DNA of 64,000 nt from Oopsacas minuta (Eukaryota > Animalia > Porifera): positions 558,001 through 622,000 of the forward strand of contig JAKMXF010000033.1 of assembly GCA_024704765.1 (NCBI GenBank), in the 5' to 3' direction. The notes below the pieces were generated by a model that saw nothing but the letters and a program-made list of their open reading frames with translations, was not told the origin of the DNA and made no database searches. This document shows positions 1-10,985 of this stretch, in pieces; positions within the stretch are counted from its first letter, which is position 1, and each line of letters opens with the position of its first letter. The translations under genes and the position numbers were made by a program.

Positions 1-1
1 G

Positions 2-3000
2 GAGGCTATACTCCTGTCTAGCACGCTTCTATCTGAAGAAGATGTAGTAGAAATTATTATGAGTAGAATACACCAGAATGATTGTTTTCCTGGAATGATA
101 TTCGATTCTTTAGACTGTTCATTTCTATCTGACGAATCTCAAGCAGCTAGAACAGTGTTGAAATCAATTCGTCATAGAGAGTTGTTCTATTTCGTTAATT
201 TAGAGTTTAATCCTGATGCAGCATGTGAGGCTAAACAGCTGAAAGAGGAAGAAGAAGCTGCTAAAGAGAGGGAGCTACTGGCTTCTGTATCTCCTGTAAT
301 AGATCCAGCATTGTTAGAACCTGAATTAGAATTGTCAGATGAAGAGGGATACGAGTTATTAAGTCAGGAAAGGAAAGACGCGATTAATCGCGCTATTGCC
401 AAGAAATGGCGAGCTGAAAGGGAGAAGAAGCGACTTGAAGAAGAAGAGAAAAGGAGAGAGCTAGAGCTACTAGAACAGAAAAGATTGATGGAAGAAGAAG
501 CCAAGAAAAAGGGCGGTAAGAAAGGACAGAAAAGTACATTTGCAAATTTAAAAGATGGATCAAACGAGAACTTCAAAGGTCTCAAACAAACACCATCTGT
601 TACATCAATGGCCCAACAACAACAAACTCCAGCTCCAGCCCCTACTAGCCCTACTCCCAGCAGACCAGGTTCTGTCACAAGTGGTAGCACCATAAGACGA
701 GCTGCTAAGAATGCTGCTATTATCAGTAAAGTTATTGGTCTAGTTGATCAGGCCCCTCCCCCTGAAGAGGACGAAATGTCTGCCCTGTACACTAAATACG
801 AACGACACCTCCTATTAGCTCGTGGTGTTATAGAGCTATGGGATCCTGTTAAGATGGATACATACTCTCCTCCCGAGCCAGTTCAGCTACAACAGGATCA
901 TGAACCTGTAGTCAGCAGACAGCAGAAATTGAAGAAAGATTTAAAATTTAAAGACTTACCTTCTACAGGAATTGATCCTATGGCTGAATTAGAAACTTTA
1001 CTACAATCCAAACCTGAGAATATTGGGTTATCTTACTATGCTATCAATGGAGTTGGCACTAAAGAGTATATACATGTACAAATATGTGGTCTCCCGTGTG
1101 TTCCTACTCCAACAGAGCTATTGGATCGCCTGGGTATTGGTCCAGCCGGACCAAGGATACCTCCTCCTTTTGAGCTCAGTATGTTCAACTACCCAGTATA
1201 TAGACAACGTCCTATTCCCCCTGAAATGGAAAGACGCTTCTGTTTCGTGGCTCTACATCCAGATGATCCAAATGCTATAGACACTAAACTAGAGGAAGAA
1301 GAGCTTAAGAAACAGCAAGCTATTTCTCCTATCCAAGAGGAGGAGAAAGATCCACCGCCCCAGCCCCCCTCTCGTAAGTCTACTATATCTAGAGCTTCTC
1401 AGGAGAGTCAGAAAAAGACACGTGACGTATCCGGGAAGAAATCACAGAGGAAAAAGAGTCAGAAAGAACCGCGTAGTTCCACTCCCAAAGGCAGTGTCCC
1501 GTTAGATGAATCAGCCGCTTCAGATGACGTCATCACTACACCGGATACTCTCGTACCTGTAGGCCCTAAGAAACTGATCAAACATCGCTGGGTTATACCG
1601 GGACACGGCTCCACAACTCTAGGCATACAGTTCATGTCGAATGAAGTTGGAAACTATGATGAGACATTACATTTTGAGGTAATGGGTACTTCAAGACGTT
1701 ATCAGCTATACTGCAGAGGTCTATGTGCTGTTCCAGGTATATGTACAGATCCTAAGGTTATGTTTCCAGCTTGCAAACCGTCTAGGAAAATAGGAGAAAT
1801 TATCAAGAAACGGTTTGTGTTGAGTCAAGATTTGTATGATTTCGGTCCACTTTCCTACTTCCGGTCACGAGAAAGAAGGTTCCAATCCAAGCACCCAGAA
1901 AATATGGAAGATCTGACAATTCTTAATGACTCACCTCTCCAAGCTAACGTGACCTTCAAATTCAAAGACGATAACAACGCCACTACTTTTCTATTAGAAC
2001 CACCCAATCTATTACTCAATCCAGGAGAGAAGGGAAAGCTATCTATCTGGGCATATCCTAAACATCCTCATGAATTCAACGATACTCTAATGTGTTTTAT
2101 AGAGAATAATCCTAAACCAGTTGTATTCAAGATAAGAGCCGTATGTGTTAAGCCTGAACTCAAGTTAGATAGAAACGATTTCAAATTCGATAAAGTACTT
2201 CTTCACCGCAAGGAGAGTAGACAAATATTTTTAAAAAATCCTACACTACTTCCTGTATCATGGAAGTTAGCTACAGGAGAACGTAGCGTTATTTCTGAAT
2301 CTGATGCTGATATATACTCATTCAATCAAGAACAGGGTATTGTAGAGCCTCTCTCTGAATTTGCACTAGTTTGCTATTTCAGGTCACCACGTCCTACTGT
2401 CATTAAAAAGACTTTACGTCTCGAGGTATACTCCCTAGACAGCACAATTGGTCTCCTTACTAATGAAAATCTCACTCTACAAGTCGAAGCTTATGACGTA
2501 GCATTGGATATATCATTCCCGAAAGGCTCAGAAGGAAAACTAGAATTTCACCCTGTACGTATATTTGAAGAAGCTAAACAGGTCTGTCACGTCAAGAACA
2601 AAGGTAAATACGAGCTCCACTTTCAATTTGATTATGAGACAATCAAGGGAGTGTCAATGAGGAACTGCTTTGAGGTGTACCCGGCTAAAGGTGCCCTCCA
2701 AGCTGGAGAGAAGGCACAACCTACCACAGTTATATTCAATCCTAAACAAGCATTTAATCTCAGTAATGTAGCTGCTATGCGTTGTCACGTTATAGACCCT
2801 ACATATGGTGAGGTAATAGCTTCTATTCCAATACACGTGGAAGCACAAGCTGTATTCAGTGAGTTCAAAGTTCATCCTGTTAATGATATCAACTTTGGAC
2901 CTGTAGTTATGAATGCATCAGGAAAGCAGCAGAAAACTCTTACAATAGAGAATACAGGCTTATTTGAGTTCCGTTATAATATCATTAAACTGAGTAGCTT

Positions 3001-6000
3001 TATGTCACGGAGAGGTACAGGTGCTAGTAGGAAAGCAGCTAGATCAAGGCTTGATGATGCTCCACAGGGCCGAACTTCAGCTAAGGCTCTACCTAAAGGG
3101 AAGACAGGTCCAAGCGAGCAGCGATTAGAAGGACCACAAGCTCCAGTCAAGCAAAATTTCGGAGCTTTCACACTCAACCCAGCACACGCTATAGTACAGC
3201 CTGGACAGTCCCAACAAGTTACAATAGAGTGTCATCCTGAGAATATTGGATTCCATGAAGAGAAACTAATCATTGATGTAACAGACAAAAATCCAAATCC
3301 AAATCCAAATCCTGTAACCAAGAGTGCAGATATGCAGTATAGTCTTCTATGTGAAGCTTGTGTACCCAGTATAGAGAAAAGCATAGCTTCAATCTGTGAA
3401 GAACATCGTATATGTAAATCTCTCAAGTCACTGTCTGTGGGAAGTTTGTTGTTAAGAGGAGCTGGAGCTGGTATATTCTTCGAAGCAGAGAAGATATTCA
3501 GATTTAATACAATAGTAGTTGGTAGACAAATGGAAGCAAGATTTAGAATACAGAACACAAGTAAAGTACCTTGTGACGTCATTTGTATGCCTAAAGGTAT
3601 AGGTAGTCCTTTTAAACAGATGAAAGGTATGGGTGAAGTATTTGAGATTGAACCTTCAAAACTTCATCTTCTTCCACATTCACATAAGTTCGTAACAGTT
3701 ACATTTAGGCCACAAGCAATACAGCACTACCATTATAATTTCTCTGTATCTCTAGAGGGACCCGGTCACTTGTCTCGTGGGATGGGGCTGAACTTTGACC
3801 TCCAAGGGGAGGGGTCACTCCCCCAGGTAGCTGTCCTACAACCAGCAGCTACTGATCGTAACGGCAAACCTGTAATGATATTCAAACGTCTTGTTGTGGG
3901 TAAAACGCAGTATTTACCTCTTGTACTATCCAACATCGGTTCAATGTCCGCTATGATGAGTCTTAAGCTTGATGAACAAGCTAACGAGTTTACTATTAAA
4001 CCGATAATCCTACCTACATCATCTCCACAACCAGATCCTGATTTATCTGTTTCAGGTTATGGACAACATCTGGTGAATTTAGATCCTAATGATCAGTGTA
4101 CTTTTGAGCTTTGTTATTCCCCGAGAAAACCTGGAGAACATTGTTACAGTATAATACTACAGGTTCAAGATAATCCTTATGAACAAACGAAAATCCTACT
4201 ACTAGCAGAGAGTTATGTAGATGAGATTATTATTGATAACATCAGGGGAGCACATTACAGTCCACAGCTAGCAATGTCCTTAGATTCATCTCTCCTTAAG
4301 CCTATTAATGAGAACCACTTAGATTTCGGTAACAGTGCTGTTGGTGAAGAAAAGCAGTTAGTATTCTGCATCACTAATAATTCACAAGATGTTTTCAAGA
4401 TACATTTTGAGTCAATTCTACCATCTCTCACATTTACACCAAGCTCTGCTCACTTGCATGGTAATCGTTCTAAAGATATTCTAGTGACTTTCAAATCTGA
4501 TAAAGCTATAAATCACAATAGAGCTTCGGTTATATGTAAGCTACAAAAGATCCAGCTGATCGATAAGGATAGTATTGATTGGGATGATAGGATGAAGGTT
4601 ACTAGGTGGGTACCCGTATATACTGGTAAACATCAAGAAGAGGATCGTATGAGTATTGTCAGTGGGACACATCCACCTCCTACCGCTTCTGGTCACAGTT
4701 CTACCGTCCACCTCATTGGACATGTTCCTCCCTCTCCTATAGCAGTTAAGAGGAAGCGGATAACAGAGATTGAGAAAGAACCTGCTTACCAGGACATTCC
4801 TAGCTCTAGTAGACAGATAGAACTATTTATTACTGCATTAGCAGATCTACCAAGAGTAGAACCCAGCGTTACTGATATACATCTTAAAGATACTATGATG
4901 TTCCAGTCAAGGAAATATAGTTTTGAGCTCAGAAACGTGAGTCAGGTTACAGCACACTTTGAATGGTTATTAGAATCAGATATGTACCCAGAGCCTGTAC
5001 CATTTGAACAGGACCAAACAGAAAGATTTGAGAATCTCTACCTCAGCATTACACCAGCAACAGGAGATATACCCCCTCAAGAACACGTTAATATTACACT
5101 AAAATTCTCTCCTGCTGACGTCATCCAGCTACAAGCTAAACTATTAGCTCGTATCAAGAACTTACCCCCAGCTAGTTCTGACATTGAAATTACATTATTA
5201 GGAGAGAGTGTTATGCCTTATTGCCATTTCGATCTTCCAACAGTTAGCTACTCTCAGCTAGCGAATACTCTTGACATTAAAACTAGTACTACATCTTATA
5301 CAACGCCCCTGAACTCGGCTACACGTGTGCTTACATTTGAGACATGTGGTGTTGGTGTTACAGTATCTAGATCATTCCATGTTATCAACCCTACTAATCT
5401 GACTTATGATTTCGTATGGCAACCAGACCTGAAGGAGGATGTTAGAAAACCTTTTATCTGTCTAACCAAGACTGGCAGCATTACTGGTGGTAAAAAATTC
5501 GAAATGACATTTGAATTTCTTCCCTCTACAGCTGATTATGAGGAGTGTTTATGGAAGTTTACGATACCTAGTCTAGCTCTTATGGTCCCACTCCTATTTA
5601 TAGGTTACATCGTAGAGCCTAAGGTACTACTAGATAGAACATACCTACACTTCAAGCCTCAGTTAGTTAGTCAAGTGTGTAGAGAGTCTGTCTACATGAT
5701 TAATGATGAAGATCGTGCTTATACATTCTCTGTGAGAGAAGCTTCTTGTCACATGCCGGGACATCAGGCTAGTTTGACTGTCAATCCAATGTCAGGGACT
5801 ATCTTACCACATTCTAGACTCCCTATACTTATAACACTGCCTCTTAAGAAACAAGCAGAACACTCATTCAATCTTAAAATAGATGTTAAACATAATGCTA
5901 TACCTCTTCTATTGAATGTTAAGGCTAGTTCATTCCTGACTGATGCTACTTTAAAGGTTAGAAATTTCGCAGGAGATGAGATTGAGATATTTCCGGATAC

Positions 6001-8767
6001 AAAACAGAAATCTGATCAAACTTGTACAAATTTCGGTTCTGTTCAGCTCAATGAGAAGTCCTTACATACAGTTATACTGAATAATAACGGCCTATTTGCT
6101 TTTGACTATTTCTGGCGTTTATCTGAGAGATGCTTCAAAGCAGGAGGGAGTGAGAGTGAGGCAGGTCAGCTGGTTAACATCAACCCACAGAGCGGGAGGT
6201 TAGAGCCTCATACTTCTTGTCAGGCAGATCTATCTGTCTGTCCTACTGTCCCTATAAATCTAAAGGGTTGTAGCTTAGAATGTCATATCAAAGAAGGACC
6301 AACTTTCTCACTTGGTTTACTCGGGAAGGGTATCAAACCCTCTCTCTACTTCTCATTCACTAAATTTAACTTTGGGATGTGTTTCCTATACCATCCAGCT
6401 CTCCCATCTAACGTTACCACCCTGACCATAACTAATAACGAGGATAATCAAATCAGTCTAGATATACTTCCATTTACACTCCCTCACGTAATCATAAATT
6501 TCACTTCTATAATTCTTTCACCAGGAGCTAGTACTGAAGCAGAAATAACATTTTTGCCTCATGAGGCTGTTAAGTATCGTGACGTCATTGAGTTTAATAT
6601 TAATGGCATAACCAAACAACCAATTGAAATATTAGGACAAGGAACAGAGCTAAAATTAGAAGTTACAAAACCCCAGAAAAAATTGGTAAATTTCGGTGTT
6701 ATTCGAGTGAATGAGAAAGCTGACAAAACAGTTACAATCACTAATCTTGGTGCAGCAGCTGTTGAATTTAGCTTACAGCTGAAAGGCGGCACTCCTCCAG
6801 AAGTGTTAAAATTCACACCTTCTGAGAATATTTCTCTAAAACCTAATGGAGACAGTATTATCATAAATCTAACTTTCTGTCCCACATCAAGAATAGAACA
6901 ATTTACTGATGAGGTTCAATTCGAAGTTCTACGTCTCATCAAGCCTTTATTCATGGTATCGGGGTGTTGTCAAGATGTTGATATAAGACTAGCCACATCT
7001 CATATACCATTTGGACAGGTATGTCTCAATAGCAAGAGCTCCCGTCAGCTGCAGCTCTCTAACAAGGGAGATATCGGTGCGCATTTCAAATGGGACTTAG
7101 AAGCATTTAAACCGGATTTTACCATCACCCCCGTACAAGGCTACATCAGTCCTAAACTGGAAGTTATATTCTCAATAGAATTCTACCCCCAAGCCATCAA
7201 CAGTGATATCCGTTACGAGCATATTAAGTGTGAATTAGAAGGAACTAAGCCGCAGTACTTAACACTAACTGGTATGTGTAGTGATATACAACCTAAAGAG
7301 TCAATACAGTTTACTACACCAGTTCGTACCAGTGAATCTAAGCACCTGTCAATCAGTGTACCGAGAATTACCAATACAATTCACCTTAAGCCTAGTATAG
7401 ATGGTAACTCATGGTCAGGACCTGAGCTACTCACAATAGAACCTAATCAAACTAAAAACTACACGATCACATACCATCCGTTAGAGATGACGTCAGATCA
7501 CAGGAAACATGTAGGATCGATCTTCTTCCCCCTCCCTGAGGGGCAAGGACTTCTTTACAACCTGACGGGTGTCAGCGAGGCTCCGAAGCCGATAGACAGT
7601 CGCTCTGTAGACGTACCTTCTAAACTGAGACATACTGAATATCTCCCAGTAGCTAATTGGCTGACTACTAATCAAAGATTTAAAGTTTTTAGAGATATCT
7701 TAAAACCAGACCGTCCTGATATATCATTGTCTATTCAGGGTCAGGACTATATTGATGTACCAGGGAACTCTAAGAGAGAATACCAGTTACACTTCCACGC
7801 GTTTAAAGTAGGCACAACTTACATGCGGGTAACATTCAAGAACGAGGATACAGGAGAGTACTGTTTCTACTTACTAACGTTCAAGGCAGTATCAGCTGGT
7901 ACAATTGATGTTATTAATCTTGATACTACTGTCAGACAACGTGTTATACATACCATACGTGTGCATAACCCTCTACCAATACAAGTGAGTATATCCACTA
8001 ACTGCAGTCTGTATGATATCAGTCTACCGGCTCAATTTTTGGTTGGAGCACAGAGTGAAGGTACGTGTACTTTTGAGTACCTCCCTCTCAAATCTGGTGA
8101 GATATCTGGGGAAATATCTCTCACTAGTGCTGACCTCGGAATTTACCACTATACACTACATCTAACAGCACATCCTAGTCCTCCTGAACCTCCTGTAACA
8201 ATAGCAGGATATCTCGGCTCTACCACTGTACAGCCTGTTAGCTTTATTTCCTACGCTAAAGCTAACCGTATAGAGTACATTTGTAAGGTAGATCATTCAG
8301 ATTTTCATGTAGAGCGTACTGTACTAGCTGCTTCTGCAGCTGGAGGAATTGAGGTTCAAATAGATGTGAACTTTGAACCCTCTAGTCTGGGCACGATTAA
8401 CGCGATCCTCTCCGTATCCTCACAGTCAGGGGGAGAATATGTGATCCCTATCGTGGGAGAGTGTAACCTCCCCAATCCTCAGGGACCTTATGTTATAAAA
8501 GCAGGACACAGCGTGAATATTCCATTCAAAAATGTTTTCCCAGTTGCTGTTAATTATATTTACTCATTGGATAATCCTGCATTCCAATTCCGTGCTGTAG
8601 ATCAATTGAAGCCGAAGAAGAGCTATACAATAACAGTCACATTTGACCCGAAACAAGCAGATTCTTATGGCACAAATACTGGGAAACTTATAGCTAAATG
8701 TCCTCCAGGAAATGGAGACAGTCTCTCCAGTATTAGCTGGATATTCTACCTTAAAGGGATCATTTAA
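2..8767 (+). CDS. HYDIN: Hydin, axonemal central-pair apparatus protein; 5'-truncated by the window edge, one uninterrupted exon of >8.7 kb
   Basis: The frame is open from base 2 (EAILLSSTLLSEEDVVEIIMSR...) to the stop at 8767. Glu/Lys-rich coiled-coil region, then many ASH/Ig-like repeats with (D/N)FG motifs. The C-terminus WIFYLKGII resembles the HYDIN C-terminus. Confidence 0.93.
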   Translation, partial: EAILLSSTLLSEEDVVEIIMSRIHQNDCFPGMIFDSLDCSFLSDESQAARTVLKSIRHRELFYFVNLEFNPDAACEAKQLKEEEEAAKERELLASVSPVIDPALLEPELELSDEEGYELLSQERKDAINRAIAKKWRAEREKKRLEEEEKRRELELLEQKRLMEEEAKKKGGKKGQKSTFANLKDGSNENFKGLKQTPSVTSMAQQQQTPAPAPTSPTPSRPGSVTSGSTIRRAAKNAAIISKVIGLVDQAPPPEEDEMSALYTKYERHLLLARGVIELWDPVKMDTYSPPEPVQLQQDHEPVVSRQQKLKKDLKFKDLPSTGIDPMAELETLLQSKPENIGLSYYAINGVGTKEYIHVQICGLPCVPTPTELLDRLGIGPAGPRIPPPFELSMFNYPVYRQRPIPPEMERRFCFVALHPDDPNAIDTKLEEEELKKQQAISPIQEEEKDPPPQPPSRKSTISRASQESQKKTRDVSGKKSQRKKSQKEPRSSTPKGSVPLDESAASDDVITTPDTLVPVGPKKLIKHRWVIPGHGSTTLGIQFMSNEVGNYDETLHFEVMGTSRRYQLYCRGLCAVPGICTDPKVMFPACKPSRKIGEIIKKRFVLSQDLYDFGPLSYFRSRERRFQSKHPENMEDLTILNDSPLQANVTFKFKDDNNATTFLLEPPNLLLNPGEKGKLSIWAYPKHPHEFNDTLMCFIENNPKPVVFKIRAVCVKPELKLDRNDFKFDKVLLHRKESRQIFLKNPTLLPVSWKLATGERSVISESDADIYSFNQEQGIVEPLSEFALVCYFRSPRPTVIKKTLRLEVYSLDSTIGLLTNENLTLQVEAYDVALDISFPKGSEGKLEFHPVRIFEEAKQVCHVKNKGKYELHFQFDYETIKGVSMRNCFEVYPAKGALQAGEKAQPTTVIFNPKQAFNLSNVAAMRCHVIDPTYGEVIASIPIHVEAQAVFSEFKVHPVNDINFGPVVMNASGKQQKTLTIENTGLFEFRYNIIKLSSFMSRRGTGASRKAARSRLDDAPQGRTSAKALPKGKTGPSEQRLEGPQAPVKQNFGAFTLNPAHAIVQPGQSQQVTIECHPENIGFHEEKLIIDVTDKNPNPNPNPVTKSADMQYSLLCEACVPSIEKSIASICEEHRICKSLKSLSVGSLLLRGAGAGIFFEAEKIFRFNTIVVGRQMEARFRIQNTSKVPCDVICMPKGIGSPFKQMKGMGEVFEIEPSKLHLLPHSHKFVTVTFRPQAIQHYHYNFSVSLEGPGHLSRGMGLNFDLQGEGSLPQVAVLQPAATDRNGKPVMIFKRLVVGKTQYLPLVLSNIGSMSAMMSLKLDEQANEFTIKPIILPTSSPQPDPDLSVSGYGQHLVNLDPNDQCTFELCYSPRKPGEHCYSIILQVQDNPYEQTKILLLAESYVDEIIIDNIRGAHYSPQLAMSLDSSLLKPINENHLDFGNSAVGEEKQLVFCITNNSQDVFKIHFESILPSLTFTPSSAHLHGNRSKDILVTFKSDKAINHNRASVICKLQKIQLIDKDSIDWDDRMKVTRWVPVYTGKHQEEDRMSIVSGTHPPPTASGHSSTVHLIGHVPPSPIAVKRKRITEIEKEPAYQDIPSSSRQIELFITALADLPRVEPSVTDIHLKDTMMFQSRKYSFELRNVSQVTAHFEWLLESDMYPEPVPFEQDQTERFENLYLSITPATGDIPPQEHVNITLKFSPADVIQLQAKLLARIKNLPPASSDIEITLLGESVMPYCHFDLPTVSYSQLANTLDIKTSTTSYTTPLNSATRVLTFETCGVGVTVSRSFHVINPTNLTYDFVWQPDLKEDVRKPFICLTKTGSITGGKKFEMTFEFLPSTADYEECLWKFTIPSLALMVPLLFIGYIVEPKVLLDRTYLHFKPQLVSQVCRESVYMINDEDRAYTFSVREASCHMPGHQASLTVNPMSGTILPHSRLPILITLPLKKQAEHSFNLKIDVKHNAIPLLLNVKASSFLTDATLKVRNFAGDEIEIFPDTKQKSDQTCTNFGSVQLNEKSLHTVILNNNGLFAFDYFWRLSERCFKAGGSESEAGQLVNINPQSGRLEPHTSCQADLSVCPTVPINLKGCSLECHIKEGPTFSLGLLGKGIKPSLYFSFTKFNFGMCFLYHPALPSNVTTLTITNNEDNQISLDILPFTLPHVIINFTSIILSPGASTEAEITFLPHEAVKYRDVIEFNINGITKQPIEILGQGTELKLEVTKPQKKLVNFGVIRVNEKADKTVTITNLGAAAVEFSLQLKGGTPPEVLKFTPSENISLKPNGDSIIINLTFCPTSRIEQFTDEVQFEVLRLIKPLFMVSGCCQDVDIRLATSHIPFGQVCLNSKSSRQLQLSNKGDIGAHFKWDLEAFKPDFTITPVQGYISPKLEVIFSIEFYPQAINSDIRYEHIKCELEGTKPQYLTLTGMCSDIQPKESIQFTTPVRTSESKHLSISVPRITNTIHLKPSIDGNSWSGPELLTIEPNQTKNYTITYHPLEMTSDHRKHVGSIFFPLPEGQGLLYNLTGVSEAPKPIDSRSVDVPSKLRHTEYLPVANWLTTNQRFKVFRDILKPDRPDISLSIQGQDYIDVPGNSKREYQLHFHAFKVGTTYMRVTFKNEDTGEYCFYLLTFKAVSAGTIDVINLDTTVRQRVIHTIRVHNPLPIQVSISTNCSLYDISLPAQFLVGAQSEGTCTFEYLPLKSGEISGEISLTSADLGIYHYTLHLTAHPSPPEPPVTIAGYLGSTTVQPVSFISYAKANRIEYICKVDHSDFHVERTVLAASAAGGIEVQIDVNFEPSSLGTINAILSVSSQSGGEYVIPIVGECNLPNPQGPYVIKAGHSVNIPFKNVFPVAVNYIYSLDNPAFQFRAVDQLKPKKSYTITVTFDPKQADSYGTNTGKLIAKCPPGNGDSLSSISWIFYLKGII

Positions 8768-9116
8768 TCTGTAAACTCTCACACTACAACTTGTATCACT
8801 CATAACCTCTACTTGTATGTGACTATGTATTTATCAAATTATAATGTCAATTTCATTCATAATATTCATTTTATTCGGGAAGAAACGAATCATTGTTTAG
8901 CGAGGTTCACTTTTTATTTCCTAATAAATAATGTAATCTAAGAGTCCAAGAATTATCCTACCATGATCGTATACTTCATTTTCTCTCCGTTTTGCCCTGA
9001 GTACATCATTGACCATTCATTCATACATATATTCATAAATTATATATTTATTACACTTAACAGCATACAACTACAAATTTACAATAATTCTATATTGCAT
9101 ATCACGGACTTTTAGT

Positions 9117-10985
9117 TTATTTACAACACTTGAATAATTTCCCGAAGAAATTCTTCCAAAAGTAGTAGTTGGCCTTGGAGGGAAGTGTAACAATGAATAT
9201 ACAAATGATTAGAATTCTAATTAGAAACGCTTCAGCTATAAATAGCCATCCAGGATGAATAGTGTTAGTCTTATCAACCACGTAACATTTGTGTTCATAC
9301 TTATTTATGGCGTCATTTGTTCCGAACAGTGACTTGAAGGCATCTAATAGTGTATCGTATTCCTCTAGTTTATTATTCCGGTAGATAGATGATGGTCTTT
9401 GTGAGGTAAGACATTTGAACTCATCGGTGTATATCGCGAACAAATTCCCTTGGTAGATTATAATATACAATATGAGCCCGATTAGTAACGCCAGGCATAG
9501 CAGGAACATTATAATAGCATACAGCATTATCCTGTATTGCAATCCAGTCAACTTCGTACTGTTCGTCTTCAATTTCTCACTCCGTATGAAGTCCCATTTA
9601 ATCCTCGCTACAATGAGTGGAGTTAGTGTGAGTATACCGAGTGAAGAAGCGAATAATGGTATGAAGTATAGTATCAAACTAGGGAGAGATTCATCAATAT
9701 TATCACTGTCTGATACGATTAACCAAATGTATATTGACATGTAAGGACGACCATCTCTTAATGCTAAAGATCCTATGACGAATAGGATAGGAATAACGAT
9801 TGATATCACTAACTCCGTTACAATTATGCCGATTCGTATTTTATTATTTGCTTTGAGTTGAAGTGGATACATTAAGGTAAGGAGGAGGTTGAGTAATGTG
9901 AAGTTAACCCAGGAGTAAAATGCGAATATTCCAAAATGGAACAATGCTCCATACACGTTAAGTAGTATCAAATCAGATTGCGTATTATACTGCTTCTGAT
10001 AGGTAACAGATGGATCTGGTAAGTCAAATATAACCAACAGGACTACACAGAAAGATGCGAATGAATAGAGGAATAATATACTCGGCGCCAGTAGAGCCTC
10101 GAAGAACTTTCCTAATTTAGTCTGCCTTACTGCTAGTGTATTCTTATCAACGAAAAATGTTTTCAATAGAAAAGTAGTCAATGATAAAATGCTCGATATA
10201 AATCCGATAATGGCAATGCAAGCGTTTCCAATACGCATTGCAAACCGTCCTGCTTTCCCTGAAGGATGCCAATGGTGTACTATAAACCCATCCGGAACAC
10301 AGAATTGTTGTAAAGTATCAAATTCATATCCTTCTGGACATTCTACGTTCACTCCGAATACAATTCTTTCAAGTTTTATATCGTTATCGATCATTCCAGT
10401 TGTTGTGATGTTCAATATACTCACATTGCTTTTGTAGAAACGATCTTCATTCGAGAATGAAACATTTGAGAAATCAAACAGCAAATATTCCTCTGTTACA
10501 ACCAAATTAGGAGTAGCAAGTAGGATAGGGGCTAGGTAGGCAATGATGCTTCCTTCATTCGTACAATTCGTTTCATTACAATTGTTCATGGACAAGTTGA
10601 ATTTTCCGTTGTTTAAATCGTTAAGATAAATCTCATAAAGTTTGTAGATTTGTGAATCATTATTCACGAGTTGGCTCAAGAATATGTACACTATTGGCAA
10701 ATCATTAGACGACTTTGTTAAAGTCATGTTGAAATTTGAGTCACTAGAAATTTCACTTGGTTCTATTTGTTGATCCAGTAAGAAAATCGTACCTCCAGCT
10801 GCGATAAAGCTACTCCAGATTGTGACAACGACAATTATTGTTAGTACGGTTACGATAATTTTCTTACATAGAGTACTGCAACACTTCTTCTTTCTACCAG
10901 ATACATTTGTAATATTTATGATGTTGAAATCTTCCCGATGATTATCTCGGTTTGATAAAATCATAGCTTGCGGTGTCTCGCACAT
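9117..10985 (-). CDS. Multi-pass membrane receptor, Frizzled/Smoothened (class F)-like 7TM with an extra N-terminal TM and no obvious CRD, 622 aa
   Basis: One hydrophobic helix near the N-terminus, an N-glycosylation-rich ectodomain, then about 7 TM helices. Long Cys-containing loop before the last helix. Post-TM7 segment LPSKANYYFWKNF resembles the Fz/Smo K-x-x-x-x-W region. Confidence 0.6.
   Translation of the reverse strand: MCETPQAMILSNRDNHREDFNIINITNVSGRKKKCCSTLCKKIIVTVLTIIVVVTIWSSFIAAGGTIFLLDQQIEPSEISSDSNFNMTLTKSSNDLPIVYIFLSQLVNNDSQIYKLYEIYLNDLNNGKFNLSMNNCNETNCTNEGSIIAYLAPILLATPNLVVTEEYLLFDFSNVSFSNEDRFYKSNVSILNITTTGMIDNDIKLERIVFGVNVECPEGYEFDTLQQFCVPDGFIVHHWHPSGKAGRFAMRIGNACIAIIGFISSILSLTTFLLKTFFVDKNTLAVRQTKLGKFFEALLAPSILFLYSFASFCVVLLVIFDLPDPSVTYQKQYNTQSDLILLNVYGALFHFGIFAFYSWVNFTLLNLLLTLMYPLQLKANNKIRIGIIVTELVISIVIPILFVIGSLALRDGRPYMSIYIWLIVSDSDNIDESLPSLILYFIPLFASSLGILTLTPLIVARIKWDFIRSEKLKTNSTKLTGLQYRIMLYAIIMFLLCLALLIGLILYIIIYQGNLFAIYTDEFKCLTSQRPSSIYRNNKLEEYDTLLDAFKSLFGTNDAINKYEHKCYVVDKTNTIHPGWLFIAEAFLIRILIICIFIVTLPSKANYYFWKNFFGKLFKCCK

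Noticed and set aside
59-61. ATG at 59 as the HYDIN start
   Set aside because: The frame is open back to the window edge and full HYDIN is far longer; the gene begins upstream.
364-8803. Short antisense or alternate-frame ORFs over HYDIN (and likewise over the other long genes)
   Set aside because: They are 60-160-aa shadows of long coding regions with no recognisable motifs.
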